The notes under the pieces: generated by a model | Seen by the model: the letters and a program-made list of their open reading frames with translations, nothing else | The model's database searches: none | Told to the model about the DNA's origin: nothing | Source: a virus | Taxonomy: Duplodnaviria; Caudoviricetes | IMG/VR virus record: IMGVR_UViG_3300007778_000005 | Span: 1 to 57,306 of that record | Length of the DNA stretch: 57,306 nt | Strand: one strand, 5' to 3' | Made by a program: the position numbers and the translations under genes | In this document: positions 30,301-40,200 of the stretch, piece after piece | Numbering within the stretch: the stretch's first letter is position 1 | Layout: every line of letters starts with the position of its first letter

Positions 30301-33300
30301 AGTTTATCCTACCTTCTGTTAAGTACGATATGCTTCTTGATACAAACTACAACACAATCACGGCTGGTCGTGCATACTATTATGCTCAAGCAAAACCAGT
30401 TGTAGAAGCTCAACGTAATGAAACAGTATCTGCTTATGAAAGACTACGTTTAACTACTGACGAAGTTGTTCAAGCTAACTCCGCTATTGCTGCTGCAAGA
30501 ACCAAAGAAAAATTCGATGGTCTAATCGATATCATTGACGGCAAGCACGCTCACGTTGAAACTCTCGGCGATGGCGTTAACCCACGTTCAGAGCATAAGT
30601 TTACTCCAACTAATGTAACTTACGATCCTTCAACTGGATTAGCTGTTATGACTATCGGTGCACACCATGCGTCTGAAATGTCAGTTGGCAGAACTGTTCT
30701 TCTAATGCCAGAAAGTTTGGTATTTACATGCGCGAGCGATAATAATACAATAGAATATGCTCATCCACGTAAGACTGATCCTGCTTATAAAGCAGTTCTA
30801 CCTGTTATTGCAGTTGGTTCTGATTCTATTACAGTTAACGTTGGATCTACAGGTTACTCTTCTGAGCATACGTTTGTAAGAGCAGAAGATGGAGCAATTT
30901 CGGTTATTGCTGATTCTATTACATTTAGTGATAATGCTGCAATTGATGTTAACAAACGTAACGCTCGTAAACAACTACAAAATAACAAAGAGTTTGTCCA
31001 AGATTACATGATGACTTGGGCTGATAATGAATGGTTCTTCTACGATAGCGCTAAATGTCAGCGCGATACATTAGAATACATTCTTCCAGCTGTTAAACGT
31101 GATATGACAACTGGTACAAACTTTAACTCTATCCAAGCTGGTATTGCTTACAAGCAAGGTATTAGTACTGAAGTTATTAATAATCAGTTAACAGAAACAT
31201 TAGGTGCTTACAATCATCTTAAAGCTGAAACTGCTGCGTTGTTACCTGCCGGTATTCCAACAGATCGTGCTAATGCTGCGTTTGACGAGTTTACTCATAT
31301 CATGCAGAACGATAACTTGTTTACACCAACTGATGCAGTTTATGATCCAGTTTCTGGCGATATTGAACTTACTATTGGGGCGCACAACATTCCAGTTGGT
31401 AAATGGATTTCGATCGCACCTGAAAGTATTACGCTCGAGTGTGGTTCACCTGCTCAACAAATTGTACACCCACGTACAACTGATCCTGCGTATAAGACAC
31501 CAGTTCGTGTAACTGCTGTAACTGCTACTTCTATTACAGTTAACGTAGGTAATGCAGGTGGTTATACCGAAGCTCATACATTTGTAAGTGCTACTGAAAA
31601 CTGCATTGATACTAATGCAATCTACTGGACTGATGCTGCAAGAATTGTAGATTTCCATGTGCCAGAAAATGCTACTTATGATCCAGTAACTGGTGAGTTT
31701 GTAATTACTATTACAGGTCATAGTTTAGCTATCGGTGAGCATATCCAACTTAAGCCTCACAGCTTTGTAATGGAATGCAATGGTGAAAATATTTCTCACC
31801 CACGCATTGGTGATTTTGCCTACGACATACCATTAGAAATTACTGCTGCTGACGCTAATACAATTACTGTAAACGTTGGTGCCGCCAATGGTTATACCGG
31901 AGCTCATACATTTATAAGCGCAGAATCTGATGCTGTAATGAGAGTATATGCTAATACTCAAGGCGCATACGCTGCTAAACAACTAATTGCTAACAGAACA
32001 TTCATCCAAGAAGAAATCAAAGCTTGGTTAGCAAGCAACTACTTTGTATATAATGATGCTAAATGTCAACGTGATACTGGACTAATTCTAGATGCTGTAC
32101 AACGCGACGTACTAACTGGCTCTAACGTCAACTCAGTGTTTGCCGGTTTGGCTTACCGTTCAGGTAATGCTTCAACAGAAAATGTCGTTACTAATCAGTT
32201 AACAGAAACTGTTGGTGCACTAACTTGGTTAAGAGATGAAGTTGCAGGTATTGTATCTGCAGGTGGTGCTACTAGATCAAATGCTGCATTCAATGAAATT
32301 ATTGATATTATGAATAATGGTATTGTAGCCGCTGACGCTATTTCATTCGGTACTACTTACGTGTCAGATGAAAACTTAGAAGCTCGTCAGATTCTACAAG
32401 CCAACAAGCAATTCATGATTGATGAAGCAACTGCATTTATTGCTGAGAAATTCCCTTCACTAACTTACGATGTTGCCAAGTGTGAAAGAGATCTTGGCTA
32501 CTTTATTGATTCAATTTCTTGGGATATTCAACACGGCTCAACTGCAGCTACTGTTAATAACTCAAGATTGTACTTCGATAACGCAGTAAGTGTACTAGGT
32601 AATAATGAGAAAGTTCCAACTGCTAAAGCTTACAAGTTCCTAGCTGGACTAGCGGTTGAGATTCTAAATGCTCAAGAAGTTGATAATAGAGCTACCAACG
32701 TTGTTCAGGATTACAATGGTGCTGGTACTTCTAATACACCAACCAATGCTACTTATGATCCAGTAACTGGTGTAATGGTTCTAACTTTAGGTGCAGGTCA
32801 TGGTCTTGTAAAAGGTGATTATGTAACTATTGACAAATTATCTATTACACTTGAGTGTGGTTCACCTGCTCAGCAAATTGTACACCCACGTACAACTGAT
32901 CCAATCTACAACAATCCAGTACGTGTAGACGCAGCTGATGCAACAACTATTACTCTACAAGTTGGTAACGCAAACGGTTACACAGAACCACATACTTTTG
33001 TAAGTGCTGCTACAAATTGTGTAAGAAAAGCAACTACTCCTGTTATCGGTGAAGCAGTTAGATCTCTATTTGAGATTGTTTCTGATCTAGTATGGGGTGA
33101 CGAGTTTGCTGAATTGCCAGTTGCTATTGAACCTAACTACTCTGCAAATACTGCTGGTTACACTACCGAAATGATTGATAACGCATTTATTATTTCTGGT
33201 TCAAAACCTAAGTATCAAACTGAAGTTATTGACTTCATCAGAGAAAATTACAATGGTCTTGCATTTAATCAAGATCTATGTTATCGTGATGTAGGTTATA

Positions 33301-36300
33301 TTGTTGATGCTGTAGCTGAAGATATTGAATATGGCGGTAACGATGCATGCGTAAATGCCGCGCATTACTACTTTAATAATGCACTTAATATTTTGCCTGA
33401 AGATCAGCGCGAAGTAACTAGAATGACCTACGAGTACCTCAGTACTGTTGTAGAAGACATTGTTACTGAAACTGCTATTACACCTACAGCTGGAAATAGC
33501 CTTACTCAGAACACCTCTGGTATGCCTGCAGATGCAACTACCGGTATTGCCGCATTAGCTTTGGTTGAAATTGTAGCTGGTAATTCAGATGATATTTCTC
33601 CTGCATCTATCCCTGATCCTATTGCTCCAGTAGTAATGCCAAGTAGAACATTTGCTCGTAAAGCACTGCAAGCAAACCGTGACTTTATCCAAGACGAAGT
33701 TGTGGCTTACATTGATAGTCAATACTTTACTATTCAAGATGAAAAATGTGCTCGTGATGCAGGTTACATGCTAGAAGCTGTTAAGCGTGATGTAAGAACT
33801 AATTCTGATTACAACTCAAGAATTGCTGGTAAAGCTTATCGTTCAGGTACCGCTGGTACAAACAGTGTAATTGAAAAAGAAATTGCAGAAACAATTGGTG
33901 CTATTAAGTTCCTTCAAGCTGATATTGAAACCCATCTATCAGGTACTGCGCTAACTGTTGCCCAAAGAGCGTTTGATAATATCATTGACTCTATGTTAAA
34001 TGATTACGATGCTAGTAATGCAAATTACGATTTTGGTCAAGCTCAAGCATCTGCCTCGCATGGTAATGCTACAACTGCACTACAACTTAATAGAACATTC
34101 TTGAGAGCTGAAGCAATCGCTTACATCAATGTTAATTACCCATCATTGACTTATGATAATGCTAAATGTTCGCGCGATATCGGTTACTTGGTAGACGCTA
34201 TTTCTTATGATGCAAGACATGGTAGTAATCAAGCAACTCGTGATTTCGCTAACTTGTATTTCTCGAATGGTAATTCAGTTTTACCTGTAGACCAACAAAC
34301 AGAAACTGCTGCTGTATTTGCTCATATTGGTGCAGTTGCAGAACAAGTTGTTCTTAAGCAAGCAGTTACTAAATCTGCAGGAAATACTGAAACACAACAA
34401 TTCTTGTTTAATGATGTATTAGCTCCAGAAGCTCAAGCTATTCAAGATCTTGCTGATATCGTTGCTGCTGTAATTACTGCTAATACAGTTGATGCGATCC
34501 CAGCTGAAGTTGAAGCACAAGTTACATCACCGGGCGCAACTGGTTATGATTTTGAGACAGAAGCTGCTATTATTGAAACTCGTATCCCAGTACTACAAGC
34601 TAACTTGCTACCATACTTGTCAAGAGAGTTTGCTTACCTCGAGTACAATAAAGTTAAATGCCGTAGAGACATCGGCTACATGGTTGATGCTATTTCTCAC
34701 GATATTCAATATGGTGGTAATTCTGCGATGTGGAATGCTGCTCAAATTTACTTTGTAAATGCAGTTAACCTATTACCATTTGAACAGCGTGAACCAACTA
34801 AGAGAGCATTTACTAGATTGGCTGATGTAGTATACAGCATTATTCGTAACGAAGTTGTTGCTAAATCTCCACGTAATACTGCAACTCAAGAATTCAAGTC
34901 ACTAGTGGCGAGAAGAAGAGTTGCAAATGAAGCTAAAGATCTTGCTCTAATGGTTGCAGACATTGTTGACGATAATAATCCAACTAATCTACCGCATAGA
35001 GCAGAACCTCAAAACACTTGGTTTAGTGCTCTATTACAAGATGCTAAACAAATCATTGACCGTGCTCAAGTTGAATTGACGCAAAATATGATTAACTTTA
35101 TCTCTTCTGAATACAACGGTATTAGTTATGATAAAGCTAAATGTCGCAGGGATGTTGGTTTGATGATTGACGCTGTATCTCACGACGTTAACTACACAAC
35201 TAACTTTGCTATGAGATTAGCTGCTAATATGTACTTCACTTATGGCACAAGTGTTCTACCATTCGATCAAAGAGAACAAACCGCTGATTTCTATGTTGAA
35301 ATGGGAAGAGTACTTTCTGATGTAGTACAAGAATTGGCAACTAACCAAAATACTGATGCAGATCCTGCAACTGCGGTAGAAGGTGGATATGTTAAAGATC
35401 TAGTAAGAGTTGTAGAAAATGCGATTCGTCGTGATTCGCTAGATTCTATACCTGCTCTAATCAAGCCTGATGTATCTTGGGTAGATGCTAGCTTGAAGTG
35501 GGCAGCGCAAGAAATTGATAATAGCCTAGATCAACTAGCAGATGATGTAACAACCCATCTTAGTAAGACATTTAAAGTTCTTGATTATAACAAGGCTAAA
35601 TGTTACAGAGACGGTGGTTACTTGGTTGATGCATTCAGCTTCGATGCTAACTACGGCGGTAATACTGCTTCTAGATGGAATGCTGAATTCTACTTCTGGA
35701 ATAACGTATTCAGAATTCCAGAAGATCAACGTATTCCAACTGCTCAAGCATACCGCAAACTAGGTGAAATTGCAAGAGATGTTGTACTAGGTTGTTATCC
35801 AGGTCAGGTAATTAGAGGTGATGTATCAACTCAAGAAGTTGCTGATCAAGTATACGATCTTGGTATGATATTCTACAACACATTCTTGAATGCTGATGTT
35901 AAGGATCTAGGTCCTGTTATCATGCCTAACTTCGAGTGGGAAGATAAGAAAGCATTCAGATTTGCTAAAGATATTCTTAAAGATAATCGCAGCGTTCTAC
36001 AGAAATCTGTAAATGCGTTTATCAGTAAAGAATATAAGTTCTTTGATATTAATAAGACTGCACGCGATACTAATAACCTTATTACATCGCTTATCAATGA
36101 CTTTGAATTTGTTAACATTATCACCGGCGAAAGTGGTGGTCAGAAAGGCATGAGATCTTATGCTCAAGCATTCTTTGACCAAAATGCTAGACATGTATTC
36201 CCGGTATTTAACCCAACAACACAAGGATTGAAGTTCCAAAAAACGCTTGAAACTGTTACTGATCTTGACAATGTCACCGGACAAAAGATCAATCATGCAT

Positions 36301-36842
36301 ATATAGTATCAAACGACTGGAACGGTAACAGATATTCTGGAGATATATATTACTGGGACGGTAGTTCTTGGGTTAACGATGGTGCTAACAATGTAGATCT
36401 TTTATACGCATTCTACAAATCTTGGGAGCACATCAGAGACTTCATTAAGACTGAATACTCAGTAGCTCCTGCAGAAGCAGCAATGATAGACGGTCTATTT
36501 AATGATGTTCTTATCGCTAGCGTATTGCGTCCATCTTCGTTACAATTTGGATCGCTTGTTGAATCGATTGCTCACCAGTTTAATGGTGCATCAGCCGGTG
36601 TTAACAGAACAGCGCTACCGATTAACTTTAGAAACCTAGGTCTACCAATTTCGGCTATCGCTTCAGTACTTTCAGAGGATGGTGGCCGTGTTCGTTGGTC
36701 AGGTGCTGACGAATTGAACAACCAGTACTTCGCGAGAGGTCTAAGAATTAACGGTAGAACAGGTCGAATCGAAGGTCGTCCGTTCACATCGTCGGTAAGA
36801 AAACTAGCTAGAAGAGCATCTAACAGTAGGGCAATAGTATAA
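27384..36842 (+). CDS. Giant multidomain putative virion protein: beta-solenoid, pectin-lyase-like beta-helix, 12 helical CxRD (phycobiliprotein-like) repeats and 4 beta modules
   Basis: 3152-aa ORF with its own late promoter; 5-residue periodic I/T/N/S/D N-terminus; HVSADGDD..PGT..KP.RT...A...GPGTY beta-helix start; repeated KCxRDxGY.VDA...D motif. Confidence 0.8.
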   Translation: MSKISELGPITGANTRSEDLFVIVNLIQGDDGTKNITRRELVQALQYEIFNRITITGGSISNVTMFASTLSEVEISNSLFDVGNITNSVLDNVVITNAEARDVEMSDSTIANTALDDVTITNAVANNMAITDSDFSDGTGNNVVLTNSQIDNSLYNNVTIEQGTANGLILTNIEIDELVLEDALISNSQIITTSFSNGSIFDVTVTNTAIWDTNISNSEIITTILRDVDIYDSRFSNGQIWDTAIANSTVLNTAIEDSTANNLTVTDSAISDSTGVNLGITGSVFDNGTLDNNIITNSDFSDGTGNNNIFTNTTIDEGTIQNSVIANTAFQGTMNDVVAQNMQITSSSASDLTQTKSSFDGGVITNSAISEGSISNTVIDNTQLVDFDMDLKNVWEPNMDEDSYFAIKNVKTGETEQITYRQLYNEIAKNTEKALKVHVSADGDDNSPGTILKPVRTLKRAAELALEKAGGKYDRNDIENAVHISVGPGTYEIDEPIWLPDDCSMSSTSGQYATLIKKKQGWERTNGILVGSGCYLQGFSYMNFEVDNFDYPEGGFAVAYRPGALLRRSPYIRDSSQLSNFNRLDVEPPLQPFNSKGTIADLGQEIFMEVGHSVEDQWAEGDEVTFSSGAKGFISWATDVDSDSRIFVRNLKGAIEVGDMIYTESGGTGQIKEIGIDDFPNRLVGRGGGCLLADRRVLDPDSLYTYVLCFGFTPRTQNGVGYVARDGAGVNGIGSLSIFVRTAFYALNGGQMTLNNSGTQFGDISMRAKGSTNIFTPPETSATLVANSSFAATLDVNRQEIIEDTINFLQANTANGGLDYQGYDAEKCMRDTGIIVDNVGYDVALNSNYWGRLNGITYRSPISYVVVNEQLTETVGANQYLKSEINRIFQNADPEVNQRVGVSLDETLNVLQNGEPAANPIQFADTGDRARTNARELLQDNRDLIIEGMVDWIDNNDQFFAYDSATCRRDIQEFILPSVKYDMLLDTNYNTITAGRAYYYAQAKPVVEAQRNETVSAYERLRLTTDEVVQANSAIAAARTKEKFDGLIDIIDGKHAHVETLGDGVNPRSEHKFTPTNVTYDPSTGLAVMTIGAHHASEMSVGRTVLLMPESLVFTCASDNNTIEYAHPRKTDPAYKAVLPVIAVGSDSITVNVGSTGYSSEHTFVRAEDGAISVIADSITFSDNAAIDVNKRNARKQLQNNKEFVQDYMMTWADNEWFFYDSAKCQRDTLEYILPAVKRDMTTGTNFNSIQAGIAYKQGISTEVINNQLTETLGAYNHLKAETAALLPAGIPTDRANAAFDEFTHIMQNDNLFTPTDAVYDPVSGDIELTIGAHNIPVGKWISIAPESITLECGSPAQQIVHPRTTDPAYKTPVRVTAVTATSITVNVGNAGGYTEAHTFVSATENCIDTNAIYWTDAARIVDFHVPENATYDPVTGEFVITITGHSLAIGEHIQLKPHSFVMECNGENISHPRIGDFAYDIPLEITAADANTITVNVGAANGYTGAHTFISAESDAVMRVYANTQGAYAAKQLIANRTFIQEEIKAWLASNYFVYNDAKCQRDTGLILDAVQRDVLTGSNVNSVFAGLAYRSGNASTENVVTNQLTETVGALTWLRDEVAGIVSAGGATRSNAAFNEIIDIMNNGIVAADAISFGTTYVSDENLEARQILQANKQFMIDEATAFIAEKFPSLTYDVAKCERDLGYFIDSISWDIQHGSTAATVNNSRLYFDNAVSVLGNNEKVPTAKAYKFLAGLAVEILNAQEVDNRATNVVQDYNGAGTSNTPTNATYDPVTGVMVLTLGAGHGLVKGDYVTIDKLSITLECGSPAQQIVHPRTTDPIYNNPVRVDAADATTITLQVGNANGYTEPHTFVSAATNCVRKATTPVIGEAVRSLFEIVSDLVWGDEFAELPVAIEPNYSANTAGYTTEMIDNAFIISGSKPKYQTEVIDFIRENYNGLAFNQDLCYRDVGYIVDAVAEDIEYGGNDACVNAAHYYFNNALNILPEDQREVTRMTYEYLSTVVEDIVTETAITPTAGNSLTQNTSGMPADATTGIAALALVEIVAGNSDDISPASIPDPIAPVVMPSRTFARKALQANRDFIQDEVVAYIDSQYFTIQDEKCARDAGYMLEAVKRDVRTNSDYNSRIAGKAYRSGTAGTNSVIEKEIAETIGAIKFLQADIETHLSGTALTVAQRAFDNIIDSMLNDYDASNANYDFGQAQASASHGNATTALQLNRTFLRAEAIAYINVNYPSLTYDNAKCSRDIGYLVDAISYDARHGSNQATRDFANLYFSNGNSVLPVDQQTETAAVFAHIGAVAEQVVLKQAVTKSAGNTETQQFLFNDVLAPEAQAIQDLADIVAAVITANTVDAIPAEVEAQVTSPGATGYDFETEAAIIETRIPVLQANLLPYLSREFAYLEYNKVKCRRDIGYMVDAISHDIQYGGNSAMWNAAQIYFVNAVNLLPFEQREPTKRAFTRLADVVYSIIRNEVVAKSPRNTATQEFKSLVARRRVANEAKDLALMVADIVDDNNPTNLPHRAEPQNTWFSALLQDAKQIIDRAQVELTQNMINFISSEYNGISYDKAKCRRDVGLMIDAVSHDVNYTTNFAMRLAANMYFTYGTSVLPFDQREQTADFYVEMGRVLSDVVQELATNQNTDADPATAVEGGYVKDLVRVVENAIRRDSLDSIPALIKPDVSWVDASLKWAAQEIDNSLDQLADDVTTHLSKTFKVLDYNKAKCYRDGGYLVDAFSFDANYGGNTASRWNAEFYFWNNVFRIPEDQRIPTAQAYRKLGEIARDVVLGCYPGQVIRGDVSTQEVADQVYDLGMIFYNTFLNADVKDLGPVIMPNFEWEDKKAFRFAKDILKDNRSVLQKSVNAFISKEYKFFDINKTARDTNNLITSLINDFEFVNIITGESGGQKGMRSYAQAFFDQNARHVFPVFNPTTQGLKFQKTLETVTDLDNVTGQKINHAYIVSNDWNGNRYSGDIYYWDGSSWVNDGANNVDLLYAFYKSWEHIRDFIKTEYSVAPAEAAMIDGLFNDVLIASVLRPSSLQFGSLVESIAHQFNGASAGVNRTALPINFRNLGLPISAIASVLSEDGGRVRWSGADELNNQYFARGLRINGRTGRIEGRPFTSSVRKLARRASNSRAIV
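29770..36500 (+). repeat. 12 protein-level helical repeats with motif Y-x3-K-C-x-R-D
   Basis: Cys codons at 29865, 30282, 31056, 32064, 32481, 33279, 33747, 34167, 34659, 35142, 35601; twelfth copy has Thr (KTARD) at 36057; outer boundaries approximate. Confidence 0.9.
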
Positions 36843-37273
36843 TGGCAAATACAAATATTATAACGGTTACAACGACCCAGGCGCCAGACGCCAAACCGGT
36901 TGCAAAGAATTTAACCTTAACAACTAACTGGCAAACAATTATTGATGTGCCTCAGTATGAAGTTCCGGAACTAGTTTTCGGCGGATCGACTACAATTGAA
37001 CCAGGTGTGGGCGAGGTAATCAGCCCACTCGTTCTCTGTAACACGACTGCAAATACTGTTTATGTTGATGTGCAAGTTTACAGATACGTAGAAAATACAA
37101 ATTGGTATATGGTAAGAAATTTGCCTTTACCTGCCTTTGATACGATCCCACTTCCATTGAATGGTCAGTTCTTTAAAACTGGCGATTTATTAGAAGCCAA
37201 AGCCTCTGAAGAATTAGCTGTACATGCTACATTGTCATTTACGCTTGGACAATCGGAGGAGGATGACGTATAA
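36842..37273 (+). CDS. Small beta-rich putative virion structural protein
   Basis: 143 aa, overlaps neighbours by TAATG on both sides; beta-sandwich-like pattern (V.CN.T...V.V.V...LP....TGD.L.A). Confidence 0.6.
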   Translation: MANTNIITVTTTQAPDAKPVAKNLTLTTNWQTIIDVPQYEVPELVFGGSTTIEPGVGEVISPLVLCNTTANTVYVDVQVYRYVENTNWYMVRNLPLPAFDTIPLPLNGQFFKTGDLLEAKASEELAVHATLSFTLGQSEEDDV

Positions 37274-40200
37274 TGGCTTTTAAATCATTCGGCGGTAGCC
37301 AACTAATAGGTCAAGGCAGACCATTACCGGTACCTATTCAATTAGATCCTAGCCCGTATAATGGCGCGATTGCTTATGGCGAAGACGGCAATTATTATGG
37401 ATCCAATGGTACTACATGGTTTTTAATTAACCAAGGTGCACAAGGTACTGAAGGTTTCCAAGGCCCTCAAGGAACCCAAGGTGTTCAAGGTGACTATGGT
37501 CCAGGTTTCACAGTAATTGGATCTGTCCCAGATGCTAATTCAGGTGGTGATCCACAAGCTACTCTTAACACTGCTTTCCCAACTCCTAATATTGGTGATG
37601 CTGTTATTGACCAAACCTTAGATGAGCTTTGGGTATATGACGGTACAAATTGGGTAAACGTTGGCTCATTCCGTGGTGTACAAGGTTTTCAAGGTATACA
37701 AGGTTTACAAGGCAACCAAGGTGATATTGGTCCAGAAGGTATTCAAGGTACACGTGGTCACCGCGGTTTCCAAGGCACACAAGGTATTCAAGGCCTTCAA
37801 GGCCTTCAAGGCTTTAAAGGAAACCAAGGTACTCAAGGTATCCAAGGTCCTCAAGCAGCGCAGGGTACACAAGGTATTCAAGGTCCTCAAGGTCCACAGG
37901 GTACACAAGGTATTCAAGGTCCTCAAGCTGCACAAGGTACTCAAGGTATCCAAGGTTTCTTCGGTATCCAAGGTAACGTTGGCGCATTTGGTGGCGTAAC
38001 AGTAAGATTCACTTATGACAGTACTTCTACCGCCAATACTGATCCTGGTGTTGGAACTTTAAAATCTGATGATCCTGTTATCGGTGATTCAACTGAGCTT
38101 TACATTGACGTAGTTGATGCCGATACTGTTAACGTAAGTAATCTTTTAGCAGAAGCTTATTCAATCGAAGCAACAGTTAGAAGCTACATCAAGCTTACTA
38201 ATGCTGATGATCCTGTTAATTATGCGCTTTTCCAAGTAAATAATGGCCAATTAGTTCCTACTGGAAACGACGGTTTCCATATTCTTGAAGTAACTTCTTT
38301 AACGCCTGGCGTAACATTTACCAATGGTACTGACGTACGAATTTCTCTAGATAGAACTGGTGATGTTGGTGCGCAAGGTATCCAGGGTATGCAGGGTATC
38401 CAAGGCTTCTTTGGTATCCAAGGTTTGCAGGGTACTCAAGGTCCACAGGCTGCTCAAGGTACTCAAGGTATCCAAGGCAATCAGGGTCCTCAAGGTACTC
38501 AAGGTATTCAAGGTATTCAAGGACCTCAAGGTGTACAAGGAACACAAGGTGTACAAGGAACACAAGGTGTTCAAGGCGATCAAGGTACTCAAGGTATCCA
38601 AGGCTGGACAGGTATCCAAGGTAGTCAAGGTGAAACTGGTCTACAAGGTATTCAAGGTGTTCAAGGTGTTCAAGGTATTCAGGGTAACCAAGGAATCCAA
38701 GGATTCCAAGGTACTCAAGGTACAATGGGTAACTACGGCGGCCTAACTTATGAGTGGGACTTTGTTAATAATACTACTGCATTTACGGATCCAGGTACAA
38801 ACTCTTGGAAACTAAATGATGCAGATATTACTACAGCAACAGTTTTAACTATTGATGACGTCCCATTAAATAACTATTCAAATGATGTTGATGAAATATT
38901 TGATTGGTTAAATACAATTCCTAGCGGAAGTGGATCTAAAGGTCTATTGGTAATCGAATCTTACGACGACAGTAACGGTCCTGGCGGACATCATCAGGTC
39001 GTATATGAATTTACTAATTTTACTTGGGATGGCACGGGTAAAACTTTTGGCTGGTTTGATGTTACATATGTCGGACAATATGGACTACCTAATAACGATT
39101 GGCAACAAGATGTTATAGATTCTGGGCACGGCGCTAAGACTATCATCAACTTTGTCCCGCGTGGCGAAGCTGGTGTCCAAGGTCCACAGGGTATCCAAGG
39201 TATTCAAGGTAACGACGGTGAAGTAGGTGCACAAGGTATCCAAGGTATCCAAGGCCCTCAAGGCTTACAAGGTATTCAAGGTATTGCTGGTTCCTACGGT
39301 GGCGCGTCTTTCGAGTACGACTTTAATCCTGATTTTTCAGCAGCTCCTCCTGCTGCCGGTATTATTAAATTCAACGCAGGTGATTTAACTGCAGCAACTA
39401 TTATAAGAATCAATGAGCTGGATACTTTTGGTAACAATTTAGAAGTTTTCTTAAGAACTCTTGATCTTTCTGGAAGCGCATTTAAAGCTTACATTAAAAT
39501 CATTTCTGTATCTAATCCAAACGAATTTGTACTTTACACCTTAAATGCTCAGGCTGAAATTGGTACATACTTTAACATGTCAGTTACTTACGTATCTAAG
39601 TCTGTAAATGCTGATGTAACGTACTTTACCAATAATACTGACGTAATTGTATCTTTCTCAGTCACCGGTGATAAAGGTGCTCAAGGTATTCAAGGTATAC
39701 AAGGTACTCAAGGCACTCAAGGCCTACAAGGTATTCAAGGTAATGATGGTGCTGGTTTCCAAGGTATTCAGGGTATTCAGGGTATTCAAGGTGATTTTGG
39801 TATCCAAGGTTTCCCTGGTCCAATTGGTCCTCAAGGTGTTCAGGGTATACAAGGTGAGCCTGGCGAAGGTATCCAAGGTGCTACTGGTGGATTCGGTGGT
39901 GTAACATTTGATTATACGTTCGATACCTCTACTGTTGTAGGAGATGTACCACCTGGTACACTCAGATTGAACAATACTTCTGCAGCTGCTGCTTCAATAA
40001 TGGTAATAGATGACCGTGATGACAACTTTGTAGATATTCAGCCGTTCTTAAGAACAATTGATGATTCTACAAGTCCTATTAAAGGTCACGTTAAAGTTTC
40101 TGAAAAAATTAATCCAGCTAATTTCGCAATCTTTGCTATTAACGGTGCTGCAGATCCAGAACCTGCTGGCTTCCACGCAATTGATGTGTCATTCGTATCT

